This document shows positions 47,588 through 57,449 of a stretch of 64,000 bases of DNA, piece after piece. This stretch comes from a virus: IMG/VR virus record IMGVR_UViG_3300023109_003600, positions 32,001-96,000 of that record; one strand, written 5' to 3'. The stretch's first letter is position 1. Each line of letters opens with the position of its first letter. The notes beneath the pieces were generated by a model. The model saw only the letters and a program-made list of their open reading frames with translations. It made no database searches and was not told the origin of the DNA. Made by a program: the position numbers and the translations under genes.

Positions 47588-48220
47588 ATGAAACTAAAAA
47601 TATTCAATTTTGGTCTACCGAGGACGGGGACAACGAGTTTTCATTTTTTTATGAAAAAACTAGGCTTTAAATCCTTACATTCGGGCAACGGTGTCATAAA
47701 CGATATTTTTCCATCAAATTATTTCAATTTTGTTAAAAATCAAAATGACCCTAGAAATATTTTAAATAAATTAATATACAGAAATGAAGTATTTTCTGAC
47801 TTACCTTGGTATTCTAATGCGTTAATGAACGTGTTGATAAAAAAATATGAAAACGATCCTAACGTAAAATTTGTTGCAACAATTCGAAATAAAGAATCCT
47901 GGCTAAATAGTATAAAAAAACTCAATTCCCCCAATTGGATAAATGGTGCTGGATCTGTAGAATTTCACAAATATGAATACAATGGTATATTTGACAAGTA
48001 TAGCGAATTTTGCGAGACAGAGCTGAACCAATTATTAGGAGATTACTATAACAAACACTACGAACTACTAAAAGAATTATGCGCGGACTATTTGTTATTA
48101 AATATAGATAATATAAATGAGCTAAAAAGCAATATTACTATACTGCTCCCTGAAAAAGAATCTGATATTAATAATATTGAATATCCACACAAGGGCGCAC
48201 ATATTACAAGTTTTTCTTGA
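47588..48220 (+). CDS. Sulfotransferase-like P-loop protein
   Basis: GLPRTGTTS, SDLPW, R...SWLNS. Confidence 0.8.
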   Translation: MKLKIFNFGLPRTGTTSFHFFMKKLGFKSLHSGNGVINDIFPSNYFNFVKNQNDPRNILNKLIYRNEVFSDLPWYSNALMNVLIKKYENDPNVKFVATIRNKESWLNSIKKLNSPNWINGAGSVEFHKYEYNGIFDKYSEFCETELNQLLGDYYNKHYELLKELCADYLLLNIDNINELKSNITILLPEKESDINNIEYPHKGAHITSFS

Positions 48221-48251
48221 TTTAAGTTATTATCTAATATATAATGAATAA

Positions 48252-48581
48252 ATGGAAGATGATGATAATTTTTCAGAAGAATACTTAGAAGGCTTCAATG
48301 CAGGTTACTCAGAAGCTGAAGAAGACCTTATATCTTCTAATTTTAGCGCAGAACTTAACGAGGAGGAATTGAATCTTAAATTCGACAAAGGCAAACAAGA
48401 AGGTATAAAATTTTGCCAAGGAGCGTTAGGCGAAGTATTGAACAAGTTCTCAGAAATAGAAAGTTCAGACGAAGGAAAGCAACTTTTAATTAGAAATCAA
48501 ATTCTAGCAATTAAGTATGCTATCGATTACATTCACTCGCTAAAAACGAATAAAAAGTTTACCCAACAGCCATGGCTTTAG
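48252..48581 (+). CDS. Acidic hypothetical protein
   Basis: Upstream TTGATT-17-TATAAT at 48217-48245; leaderless. Confidence 0.65.
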   Translation: MEDDDNFSEEYLEGFNAGYSEAEEDLISSNFSAELNEEELNLKFDKGKQEGIKFCQGALGEVLNKFSEIESSDEGKQLLIRNQILAIKYAIDYIHSLKTNKKFTQQPWL

Positions 48582-48790
48582 AAGAATACAGAATTCGATA
48601 TAGGCATGACCATGCGGTAAAAACAAGCTTTCACTACTATATGGCTGAGAGTGCAGAAGAAGCAAAATCTTTTCATGATTACATGGCAGACAAAAAACAC
48701 TTAGATTTACAAACGCTTTCAATAGAATACTTTGATAGATATGCAGAAAAATGGAAGAGCGTAATTATAGAATACAATTATGAAAACTGA
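48572..48790 (+). CDS. Hypothetical protein
   Basis: 72 aa ORF. Confidence 0.6.
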   Translation: MALEEYRIRYRHDHAVKTSFHYYMAESAEEAKSFHDYMADKKHLDLQTLSIEYFDRYAEKWKSVIIEYNYEN

Positions 48791-48956
48791 TTTTATAGTT
48801 CTTACAGACCTCTGGCAAGATGGTTTTTTTTCTGAAGTTGGAGATATTATTTCTTCGGAGAAGTGGACTCAATCAAGGACAGCAGAGTTCTGCCTATATT
48901 TCTCTAAATATTTAGGCCTTAGAGAATTCGAGGTATTATATAAATTTTTAAAATGA
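48780..48956 (+). CDS. Hypothetical protein (not in the ORF track)
   Basis: MKTDFIVLTDLW...LYKFLK, 58 aa, overlaps both neighbours. Confidence 0.6.
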   Translation: MKTDFIVLTDLWQDGFFSEVGDIISSEKWTQSRTAEFCLYFSKYLGLREFEVLYKFLK

Positions 48957-50104
48957 ATAAAATCACTATTTCTTATTGTGATGGCGCAAAAATTTCTATC
49001 GAAAATAAACACGAGGCCTCTTATGAAGTCAAATTCTTTAATCATGCTACTAATAAATTAATCTATCAATCAGTCATACAAAATGGAATGTGGTCTAAAG
49101 CTAATATCAAGTATTATACAAAATGGAGGTTGGAGATATGGCAATCTAAAGAAAAGATCGTTGAAGATATATTAGACTTAACAAATAAAAAAGTCCATAT
49201 ATCTATTTCGAGTAAAGCCATGGGAGATACAATAGCTTGGCTTCCTTATATAGAACAATTCAGACAAAAACATAATTGCGAACTAATATGTTCTACTTAC
49301 CACAATCATTTATTTGAATCAATATATTCTAATATTAATTTTTTGCCCCCCAAAAGCCACATAGATAACTTGTATGCATCATACTCCATTGGCTGGCATT
49401 ACAAAGGCAACGAACACGACAAAGAGTACCATTTAAGTGATTTCAAGCATCAACCCCTTCAGAAAACTGCGGCGGATATCTTGGGTTTACAATTTTCAGA
49501 AACTGCGCCCAAATTAAAAAAAACTCCTAAAAGCTCGATCAAAGAAAAATATGTAACAATTTCAACGCAGTCAACGCTACAAGCGAAATACTGGAATCAT
49601 GCTGGAGGATGGAAAGAAGTAATAAAATACTTACACAGCAAAGGTTATAAAGTGGCAGTGGTAGATAAACATAAAACTTTTGGTGTTCCTGGATTCATGA
49701 ACTCTTCTCCTGAATGTGATTATCATTTTCACGAAAAACCCTTGAGCGAAGTAATGTCAATTATTAGCGGGGCAGAATTTCATATTGGGCTAGGATCAGG
49801 TTTGTCGTGGTTAGCTTGGGCTTTAAATACTTCTGTAGTATTAATATCATCATTTTCTAAACCTTGGTGCGAGTTTCAAACTAATTGTTCTAGAATTTAC
49901 AAAGAAACCTCTACTTCTGGATATTTTAACACGCACAAAATGTCTCGATCAGATTGGAACTGGAACCCTTTTCAAAAAATAGAATCAATGCAAGATTGGA
50001 ATAATATAGAGACCATCAGTCCTAATTTAGTCATTCAAGAGATTGATCGTGTATTTAATCATAAAGAATACTTAAAACAGCAGACAAATTTCCAAAATGG
50101 ATAA
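48953..50104 (+). CDS. Autotransporter heptosyltransferase-like (Aah/TibC) glycosyltransferase
   Basis: KYYTKWRLEI, SKAMGDTIAW, PLQKTAADILG, QSTLQAKYWN..GW, IGLGSGLSWLAW, LISSFS. Confidence 0.8.
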   Translation: MNKITISYCDGAKISIENKHEASYEVKFFNHATNKLIYQSVIQNGMWSKANIKYYTKWRLEIWQSKEKIVEDILDLTNKKVHISISSKAMGDTIAWLPYIEQFRQKHNCELICSTYHNHLFESIYSNINFLPPKSHIDNLYASYSIGWHYKGNEHDKEYHLSDFKHQPLQKTAADILGLQFSETAPKLKKTPKSSIKEKYVTISTQSTLQAKYWNHAGGWKEVIKYLHSKGYKVAVVDKHKTFGVPGFMNSSPECDYHFHEKPLSEVMSIISGAEFHIGLGSGLSWLAWALNTSVVLISSFSKPWCEFQTNCSRIYKETSTSGYFNTHKMSRSDWNWNPFQKIESMQDWNNIETISPNLVIQEIDRVFNHKEYLKQQTNFQNG

Positions 50105-50486
50105 AAATCAAATTCAAACAATCTGGGATACATTTGACTTCACCATGAATAATATCTCAGTGCTTGAAGATCAAGTTGCTTTTTTCGTATCTCAAGTAGA
50201 CAAGAAAGCCGCGCTGGTAGAAGCAGATGTGATAACAGAAGAAAAATTTATTGATTTTTGCGAAGAATCTTTAATCAACCACAAAAACCTTATTTCTTTT
50301 TATGAAAAGCAAATACATACAGTGAGAGATATTCTGAGTATAGACCTAAAACTGCAACCTATTGAGCGAGAAGTTTCAGTCTCTACGCTAAAAGAGTTAT
50401 TAAACTTAACTGCCACATTAAGGCTGGCAATTGAAGACTCTGCTCTAAATTTAGACCAAATGATTCGAGACTTAAAGTCTATATAA
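50097..50486 (+). CDS. Hypothetical protein
   Basis: 129 aa helical ORF. Confidence 0.65.
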   Translation: MDKNQIQTIWDTFDFTMNNISVLEDQVAFFVSQVDKKAALVEADVITEEKFIDFCEESLINHKNLISFYEKQIHTVRDILSIDLKLQPIEREVSVSTLKELLNLTATLRLAIEDSALNLDQMIRDLKSI

Positions 50487-50490
50487 AAAG

Positions 50491-50706
50491 ATGAACCTAG
50501 CAGAGCAGATTAACGAAAAACTCGACGAAATTAATAAGCTCAGAACAGAACAAAAACAATTAATAGGTGAGTTAAATTCGGAAGAGTACGAAGAAACCGC
50601 AGAATTATTAATTAAATATGCCCACGACGACCTAGAATCTTTAGTCTTTAATCAGAAAATATCAGGCTTATTTACTAATGAAATTTACATCAACTCGACC
50701 ACTTAA
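50491..50706 (+). CDS. Hypothetical protein
   Basis: 71 aa ORF. Confidence 0.6.
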   Translation: MNLAEQINEKLDEINKLRTEQKQLIGELNSEEYEETAELLIKYAHDDLESLVFNQKISGLFTNEIYINSTT

Positions 50707-51062
50707 TGGTCAACAAAAACTATATTCAACTTTTCGCATATAGCGCACATTTCTAATGGAGACATTTGGTTGTAGTAATGAGAAACATATTCCTTCAACC
50801 TCATCTCTCTTTTTTTTGGAGTACCGTTTACCCAATACATAAACATAGATTTATCTAAATTTTGGTATAAGTAATCAAGAATAGACTTCTTAATATTATA
50901 TTTATACATTTCTAAAATATCAAGCTCACTCAACTTTTTGTATATTTTTATTGCTGCAAACTTTATTTGGTTGCAGTCAACTTCACAAGGGTTTTCATAT
51001 TTTTGAATCAAATCTTCATGAATCAACCCGAAAACAATCTTTCGAATTTCTTTTTTAAGCAT
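50703..51062 (-). CDS. Hypothetical protein
   Basis: Only long ORF in the gap; GTGTA 13 nt upstream on the - strand. Confidence 0.65.
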   Translation of the reverse strand: MLKKEIRKIVFGLIHEDLIQKYENPCEVDCNQIKFAAIKIYKKLSELDILEMYKYNIKKSILDYLYQNLDKSMFMYWVNGTPKKREMRLKEYVSHYYNQMSPLEMCAICEKLNIVFVDH

Positions 51063-51123
51063 ATCTAAAAGAACTTACACTTTTTTCTTGCAAAAAAAAT
51101 AAATTTATAATATAATAATTACC

Positions 51124-51816
51124 ATGAACCAAGAAACACAAGAAAAAATCGCAGACCTTAAAAGCAAAAATCTATTAAGCGATGAGTTTGCCAGAACAGT
51201 CCAATCATGGAAAGCTGAAGAAGGTTCTATGAGGATTACAACAATTAAAAACTTTATATCAAAACAAGATTGTGAAAAAATAATTGATTTCTTCGGTAAA
51301 CAAGAATTCCAAAACTTTAATGGAGCTTCGAAGTTTGTTGGAAAAACTTTTCCGTGGCTTCAATGCAGAAGCCTGCCTCATAATCATGAAGATGAAGATA
51401 TTGTAAAGATAATGTCTAGTTATCGTTTCAACGCAACCATGCATGCCAGAAAATTTTTCGAAAAAGAGCTTTATCCAGAGTATACAGATTTAGTAGTTTG
51501 GAAAAATGGCGAAGACATGGCGGTTCACGCAGATTCTTGCGAAATGGATGGAACACCTAGAGACTCAAGGGGGAGTAGTCACGACTGGAGGTTTGGAGGA
51601 GGAGTTCTTTATTTAAACGATGACTATGCAGGTGGAGAAACCTATTTTCCTAAATACAGTATCCAGGTTAGGCCAGAAGTAGGTAAATTATCTTTGTTTA
51701 TGGCCGACTGGAATCATATGCACGGAGTTAGAGAAATTAGCCAAGGCAAAGAACCTATAGCGAGATACACTATGCCTATATGGTTCACAGAAGACTATAC
51801 AAAATCAGAAATTTAA
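51124..51816 (+). CDS. 2OG-Fe(II) oxygenase (prolyl-hydroxylase-like)
   Basis: HAD, LYLNDDYAGGETYF, HMHGV, RY; upstream TTGCAA-17-TATAAT at 51088-51116. Confidence 0.9.
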   Translation: MNQETQEKIADLKSKNLLSDEFARTVQSWKAEEGSMRITTIKNFISKQDCEKIIDFFGKQEFQNFNGASKFVGKTFPWLQCRSLPHNHEDEDIVKIMSSYRFNATMHARKFFEKELYPEYTDLVVWKNGEDMAVHADSCEMDGTPRDSRGSSHDWRFGGGVLYLNDDYAGGETYFPKYSIQVRPEVGKLSLFMADWNHMHGVREISQGKEPIARYTMPIWFTEDYTKSEI

Positions 51817-51819
51817 ATC

Positions 51820-52605
51820 ATGAAGATAGGCTTCGCGTTCCTGACTTATCGGAATATTCATAACCAACAAGTTTATAAAAAACTTTTTGAAGAACTCTCT
51901 GCGGATGGGCACGAAGTTATCTCAGCGATACATTCGAAGAAGCGCTTTGAGTCAACCATTTTGCCAGATCTTGATTTTATAAACACTGTACAAACGAGGT
52001 GGGCAACACCCTCCTTGATAGAGGCTCAGATATTATTATTTTCTCATTTATTCTCGCAGGAATCAGACATTGTTTATTTTCTTAGCGGAGATACTTTGCC
52101 GCTAAGAAGGTCAAAAGGCTTTATTTCCTTAAATCAAGAGACTACATTTTGCTTACAAAGCAAGGAGGCACTAGGAGGGAACAATGAAGACTACCAATAC
52201 GATCAAAGCAAAGTATTTTCAGGAATAAACCAGAACAAGTGGAACTGTGAGATATTTAGGGTCAATGGTTTAGATATTGACTTCCAAAATTTCGAAAAGC
52301 AACAAATGTTTTTCTGCATAAACAAGAGGGACTTCAATACATTTTTTCAAAAAACGTTAGAAAACAATTATTTCAATAAATTGCAAAGGCTATCGCCGAT
52401 GGATGAATATTTTTGGGTAAACATATTTAATTTATTAGATATTTCCTATAGAGGAATGGACTCCTACATATACAGCAACAGAAGAAATAACGTTAATACT
52501 CAAGCGGAAGACTTTAGGTTGTGTGTAATTAATAAAGACATTAAAGATAAATATATTTTCCTTCGAAAACTTAGACAAGAAAACGCAGAAATTAATTTTA
52601 TTTAA
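51820..52605 (+). CDS. GT14 core-2/I-branching-like glycosyltransferase
   Basis: FAFLT, WATPSLIEA, LSGDTLPL, DEYF. Confidence 0.7.
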   Translation: MKIGFAFLTYRNIHNQQVYKKLFEELSADGHEVISAIHSKKRFESTILPDLDFINTVQTRWATPSLIEAQILLFSHLFSQESDIVYFLSGDTLPLRRSKGFISLNQETTFCLQSKEALGGNNEDYQYDQSKVFSGINQNKWNCEIFRVNGLDIDFQNFEKQQMFFCINKRDFNTFFQKTLENNYFNKLQRLSPMDEYFWVNIFNLLDISYRGMDSYIYSNRRNNVNTQAEDFRLCVINKDIKDKYIFLRKLRQENAEINFI

Positions 52606-52647
52606 TAAAAGCTTGACTTAACAATACTTAAATAGTAACATAAACCT

Positions 52648-52905
52648 ATGCCATATATACCACAATTAGAAAAAAACCAAGTAGATTCCCATAACCTAAT
52701 TTCCACAGCAGGGCAGTTTAATTATGCACTTAATCAGTTGATTGCAAATTTTATCGACCAGAATGATTTTAATTATCAAACAGCTAATGATATTGTAGGA
52801 GCAATGGAATGCGCAAAAATGGAGCTCTATCGAAGGTTAATATCGCCATATGAAGATAAAAAAATCTCGGAAAACGGAGATGTCAAACCATATAATTCTT
52901 TTTAA
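52648..52905 (+). CDS. Conserved phage protein (DUF6899-like)
   Basis: MPYI..GQFNY..GAMECAKMELYRR..PYEDKKI.ENGDV; upstream TTGACT-17-TAACAT at 52613-52641. Confidence 0.7.
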   Translation: MPYIPQLEKNQVDSHNLISTAGQFNYALNQLIANFIDQNDFNYQTANDIVGAMECAKMELYRRLISPYEDKKISENGDVKPYNSF

Positions 52906-53447
52906 TGAAAAACTTATTTTTATTTTTATTTTTGCTAACCCCTTTATATTCGCAAGAATTTAGAGTATTCTACTCTTCCGACTACGAAACAAGGACAGAA
53001 GCGAAATACATAAAATACTGCCCAGACTCATTATTCCTTTTATTGCAAAACAGAGATGACTCAATGTTTGAAGAAAAACTTACAACATTTTCTATAGAAG
53101 ATAGAATTTACGTAACAAAAGAACATAAAAAATGGGCAGCAAAGAAACATAAAGCTCAGTCATACTTCGGAAGCTATAGGGGTTCTAGACGCAATCCAAA
53201 AAAAGTTTACCAAGCGAGACCAACAAGCTTTAAAGAAGGTTATCTAGGGGCTTTGTTTGAAGACCATTGGACAAACCCGAACGCCAAATTCAAAAAAGAT
53301 CATTGGGTCATTATAAACCATTTAAATTTACAAAAAAGAAACTATAACTCCCCTATAGAGATGAGGCCAGACGAAATTACTGGACAAAGAATAATTATAG
53401 ACTTTAAAACAAAAAAGAGGTTATGTCCTCCCAGTGGCTGCAAATGA
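52905..53447 (+). CDS. Secreted protein with SHD1-like domain
   Basis: Signal peptide; FRVFYSSD...EAKY...FSIEDRIYV. Confidence 0.55.
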   Translation: MKNLFLFLFLLTPLYSQEFRVFYSSDYETRTEAKYIKYCPDSLFLLLQNRDDSMFEEKLTTFSIEDRIYVTKEHKKWAAKKHKAQSYFGSYRGSRRNPKKVYQARPTSFKEGYLGALFEDHWTNPNAKFKKDHWVIINHLNLQKRNYNSPIEMRPDEITGQRIIIDFKTKKRLCPPSGCK

Positions 53448-55144
53448 ATATAAAAGTTAGAACAGGTACAAATATTAAAACAGTACTAAAGTCTACTGTA
53501 AACATTCCTCAGGCATTTACCGAATTAGTAAAAAATTCCGTACAGAACGAAGCGAGTGAATGCGAAATTTTACTCAACGAAAGCGAAGCAGTAATAGTAG
53601 ATAATGGTATTGGTTTATCGATCGATGCAGAACCAGGAGAATTAAATTCTTTTGAGAAATATTTTACTTACGGAAATTCTTACGAACAAACAGGTGGAAC
53701 GAATTTGAATTTGGGACAAATGGGAATAGGGGGGAAAGTTGCAAATGACCGCCTTTCGGACCCACAAAATACTCATTGGCAGATAGAATCCAAAGACCTA
53801 TCAGGCAAGTGCTACTTATTAAATTACCAACCGACAGAAACCAACTTTTTAGACGAATACTCTCCAACTATTGAAGAAATTCCTCCAGAATCATGCTCAA
53901 TAAAACATAATTCAGGAGTAAAAATCATAATAAAAAGCCTAACAAAAGAAGTTGAAGAAGGTTGGGATTTGCAAGCAATAAAGCTAGAGCTACAGACTTT
54001 TTTCGGCGTTTTAGTTAAAGAATTAAAAGAAGAGGGAGTATCCTTTGATTTATCATTTCAAAAAGAAAAAATAAATTTCGATTATAAACTCCCAGGAATA
54101 GAGATAAAATTCCAAGAGGTGTTTAACTATAATCTATTAAATATTAACTCTCAAACAGAGACAATGCTGTCAGAAGTCAAATTTAATCTTGCTTACATAA
54201 AAGATCCTATGGAGTTAAATAATTTTCACCAAAAAACGATAGATATTATCTCAGGAGTCAAGGTTTGTTCTTTGATCTTTTCTGATCTACCTTGTCGAGA
54301 AGAATGTATTAAGATAGCAAAAACATTAGGTCACAAAAACTTTGATTATAGCATTATAAATAGATACTTTCATTCAATAATTGGATTCATTTCCTGCAAA
54401 AATATATCTAAAGATATTGACAGCACAGGAAATAACGCAAAGGATATTTCCCATCATGGCTTAAGAACAGACCATGCGCTTACTGAACCTTTTTATAAAT
54501 TGTTAGGAAATTCTATAGTTACTTGGATTATTGCGTTTGATTTATCCAACGAATCAACATCGTCCTCTGTAGTAGAGCAATTGGTTCTACATGCAAGCGC
54601 TATGGTCATGGAATCTCTTAATATAGAAGATTTGGCGGAGTTAATATCAGACTTAGGAATTGAATATGAAACATATGACTACGTTACAATAGACAAGTTA
54701 GCTGAATTGGGTTCAGCTCCAGTAGAATCAGCGCTAAAAACTCAAAAATCTTTATTCTCTGATGACGAATCGGGGCCACCGAAAGAATATAATCCATTTT
54801 CAAACGATTCGGTTGCCTGGCAAGATACAGTTCTGCAATTAGCAAAAATCAAAAAAACAATACCTTTTGAAATTGTAGATTTTAGCGAAGGGCAAGAGTA
54901 CATAATGTCAAAGCTAGATCCTTTTTTCAAGTTCAAGGTGTTAATCAACAGCTCGAATCCAAAATATAAATCATTCATGAAAGAAACAACTCCTACGTTA
55001 ATGACGCTCTTCTTGTCAGAATTACTCATTAGAGAAATTATTTTCTTTACAGAGTCGACCAACGTTCGAGAGGCTTTAGATGAAAAAATCAGCAAATTTT
55101 ACGAAGAGTCCTACGAAAACATTAAATTAATCTCTCAAGCGTAA
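53444..55144 (+). CDS. GHKL (HSP90/MORC-like) ATPase domain protein
   Basis: ELVKNS, DNGIG, GQMGIGGK, GVKI Bergerat-fold motifs. Confidence 0.8.
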   Translation: MNIKVRTGTNIKTVLKSTVNIPQAFTELVKNSVQNEASECEILLNESEAVIVDNGIGLSIDAEPGELNSFEKYFTYGNSYEQTGGTNLNLGQMGIGGKVANDRLSDPQNTHWQIESKDLSGKCYLLNYQPTETNFLDEYSPTIEEIPPESCSIKHNSGVKIIIKSLTKEVEEGWDLQAIKLELQTFFGVLVKELKEEGVSFDLSFQKEKINFDYKLPGIEIKFQEVFNYNLLNINSQTETMLSEVKFNLAYIKDPMELNNFHQKTIDIISGVKVCSLIFSDLPCREECIKIAKTLGHKNFDYSIINRYFHSIIGFISCKNISKDIDSTGNNAKDISHHGLRTDHALTEPFYKLLGNSIVTWIIAFDLSNESTSSSVVEQLVLHASAMVMESLNIEDLAELISDLGIEYETYDYVTIDKLAELGSAPVESALKTQKSLFSDDESGPPKEYNPFSNDSVAWQDTVLQLAKIKKTIPFEIVDFSEGQEYIMSKLDPFFKFKVLINSSNPKYKSFMKETTPTLMTLFLSELLIREIIFFTESTNVREALDEKISKFYEESYENIKLISQA

Positions 55145-55383
55145 TGAAAAATAGAGACATACCTACAGAAATGGCAGAAGATCTACTTAATTTGTTTTAC
55201 GAAAAAACATACCAAATCAAAAAAGGAATAAATTTTGGAGGTTGCCATTTAGATGAAGCGTCGGACATAATAAGCAGGTCTTTATTTTTAGCGGGCCACG
55301 AATCTATTACATTAAAGATTTCAAAAGCTAAAGACAAACATCACATCAACATCAAGATAGAAGAAGTTAAAGAAATACAATGA
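55144..55383 (+). CDS. Hypothetical protein
   Basis: TAATG coupling. Confidence 0.6.
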   Translation: MKNRDIPTEMAEDLLNLFYEKTYQIKKGINFGGCHLDEASDIISRSLFLAGHESITLKISKAKDKHHINIKIEEVKEIQ

Positions 55384-55568
55384 TACTCATAGAAGACGCA
55401 AATAATGAAAATTATTATATCAACTCAAAAAACGTTGTTTATATAAAAGAACGTCAGGACGCATTCAAGAAAGAGCGTTGGTGGAAAATAACCTTCGTTA
55501 ATGGAGAACAACTTCATACAAAAAATGAAGCAGGAGTAAAGTCGATTATATCGAGGTTAAACACATGA
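55380..55568 (+). CDS. Small beta-rich hypothetical protein
   Basis: YINSKNVVYIKE..ITFVNGE; ATGA coupling. Confidence 0.6.
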   Translation: MILIEDANNENYYINSKNVVYIKERQDAFKKERWWKITFVNGEQLHTKNEAGVKSIISRLNT

Positions 55569-56197
55569 GTAACGCTTATATTCTCTCATTAGATGATTCT
55601 GCAGAAAGAGCAGTAAACGCAAAACAAATTCTAGATAGGCTTTCATTTAAAGTATTTCATTGTGAGGTCATACCTCACGAAGAAAAAAGTTTCTCAAATA
55701 GATTGAGCATGTTAAATATCATGAAACTTATTACCTCTAAAAGAAATAAGTGGTCATACGTATTTGAAGATGACATTCAATTTTGGGAATATATTGGCCC
55801 AAAAAAACTAAAACATTTCGAGAAAGCTTCTAAAAATTTCTTTTACCTAGGAGCTTGTTCAGAAACTCCTCCCACAAAAACAAAAGAAAAAATATTGGAC
55901 ATATCAGCTTATAGATTCCAAACTAATAAAGTAGGATGCAGTCACGCTTTTGCAATCTCAAGAGAAGGAGCAAAGCTTGTTTTAGAAAAAGCAAAAGATT
56001 TTGACGAAAGTGTTAATTTTGATGAAATACTATCTACGCTCTTTGCTTCCGAGAAACCTTTGGTCGTAATGAATGAAGAATCTGGAAATGTTTCGTATCA
56101 GAACAAAGATCACTACGGGCTTGTTTTTCAAGATAAGTTTGCATTTTCATCTAACCCTCCCAAGGATATCCCTAACGTAAGCATTCATATTAATTAA
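55565..56197 (+). CDS. GT25-like glycosyltransferase
   Basis: ILSLDD..ER, VFEDD, HAFAISREGA. Confidence 0.75.
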   Translation: MSNAYILSLDDSAERAVNAKQILDRLSFKVFHCEVIPHEEKSFSNRLSMLNIMKLITSKRNKWSYVFEDDIQFWEYIGPKKLKHFEKASKNFFYLGACSETPPTKTKEKILDISAYRFQTNKVGCSHAFAISREGAKLVLEKAKDFDESVNFDEILSTLFASEKPLVVMNEESGNVSYQNKDHYGLVFQDKFAFSSNPPKDIPNVSIHIN

Positions 56198-56951
56198 TTA
56201 AAGATCGCAAATTATATTGTTGATTAAGGTTTTTTAATGGGTGATATAAATTATTTTTGTCAATAAAAGCTCCATCAAAACAATTCTTTGGAAGCTGGTG
56301 GTTAAAAAACATAATATATTTCAATTCTTCAATATATTTGGCGCGCAAATTATTTTTCAGAGCAATATTAGCAAATAAAATTTCATCCATCTCTAAATAT
56401 TTTTTATTATTTGCAGAGATCTTCAACGCTTTAAAGAAATCCTTCGAGCATCTTATAGCGCACGACATGCTAGTATATACCTCTTGATCAGGAAGCTCCT
56501 CTAAAGCGTTTTTATACCAATGCCAACCAGGTTCTAAGGGTTTTATTTTAGGACACAGAAGGTCTTCGGATGGGTATTTAGCATCTATTTTTAATAAAGT
56601 CTCTGAGCTAGGTATAAAAACATCCTCTTCCACCATCCAGACATTTTCATACTCGGTCATCTCTTCAGAAAAAAAATATAAACATCTATCTCTTGTAGAA
56701 AAATCTATAATGCCTGATTTGCCATATGTCGAACCATTGTAGCCCAAGGATTCACATTTTTTTTCGCAAGGACTTATTATTGACATCATTCGAACAAGTT
56801 TAGAATTAACTTTCGAAATAAGGTTTTTGTCCTGCACTAACACATACAAATCATAATTATTACGCATAGAACAAATAAATCTCAATTGATTAAAATCGAG
56901 ATTCAAACTCAACAAACACAAAGCATTTTTATGTTGACTTTTGTAAATCAT
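56190..56951 (-). CDS. Glycosyltransferase-like protein
   Basis: VWMVEEDVF, WHWY, YHPLKN. Confidence 0.6.
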   Translation of the reverse strand: MIYKSQHKNALCLLSLNLDFNQLRFICSMRNNYDLYVLVQDKNLISKVNSKLVRMMSIISPCEKKCESLGYNGSTYGKSGIIDFSTRDRCLYFFSEEMTEYENVWMVEEDVFIPSSETLLKIDAKYPSEDLLCPKIKPLEPGWHWYKNALEELPDQEVYTSMSCAIRCSKDFFKALKISANNKKYLEMDEILFANIALKNNLRAKYIEELKYIMFFNHQLPKNCFDGAFIDKNNLYHPLKNLNQQYNLRSLIN

Positions 56952-56970
56952 TTACATATAATAACCAATA

Positions 56971-57288
56971 ATGATCGAAAGTATAGCAGAAAATATTTTT
57001 TTTGAAAAAGGTTACGATAAAGGGTACGCAGATTGTCAAGAAAACATGGCCAAAGAATATGATAAACTGTCTAAGTGGAACTGCATCTTAAATAAAGTGC
57101 CAAGCATGGATGATTTTTTATTTCTATATGTACAAGGAGATAATTGGCAGGGAACAGGTTTTTATTTTGGCAAGGACAAAGAGCTAAAAGAAGAAAACAA
57201 TCATATTTTTGGTGGTTGTGCTGGCATGATTACGGGAGAGATTAGTCATTGGATGATTGCGCCTAAACCGCCGAAAAAACAATCATGA
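56971..57288 (+). CDS. DUF551-like protein
   Basis: W..ILNKVP...ISHWMIAPKPP; upstream TTGACT-17-TATAAT at 56934-56962. Confidence 0.7.
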   Translation: MIESIAENIFFEKGYDKGYADCQENMAKEYDKLSKWNCILNKVPSMDDFLFLYVQGDNWQGTGFYFGKDKELKEENNHIFGGCAGMITGEISHWMIAPKPPKKQS

Positions 57289-57449
57289 AATCAATCTTAA
57301 GTTTCATTGCTTACATCATTGGAAACTTAATTAGTAAATTACTATATTTTAATTGCTGCTCTTTTCTTTATAAACCATACAGTAAAATAATGCTAATCAG
57401 CAGTAAATTAGACATCCGTCAAAAATTATGGAAACGGCCCAAAAATTAA
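57285..57449 (+). CDS. Small hypothetical protein (not in the ORF track)
   Basis: MKSILSFIAYIIGNLISK...KLWKRPKN, 54 aa, ATGA coupling. Confidence 0.5.
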   Translation: MKSILSFIAYIIGNLISKLLYFNCCSFLYKPYSKIMLISSKLDIRQKLWKRPKN

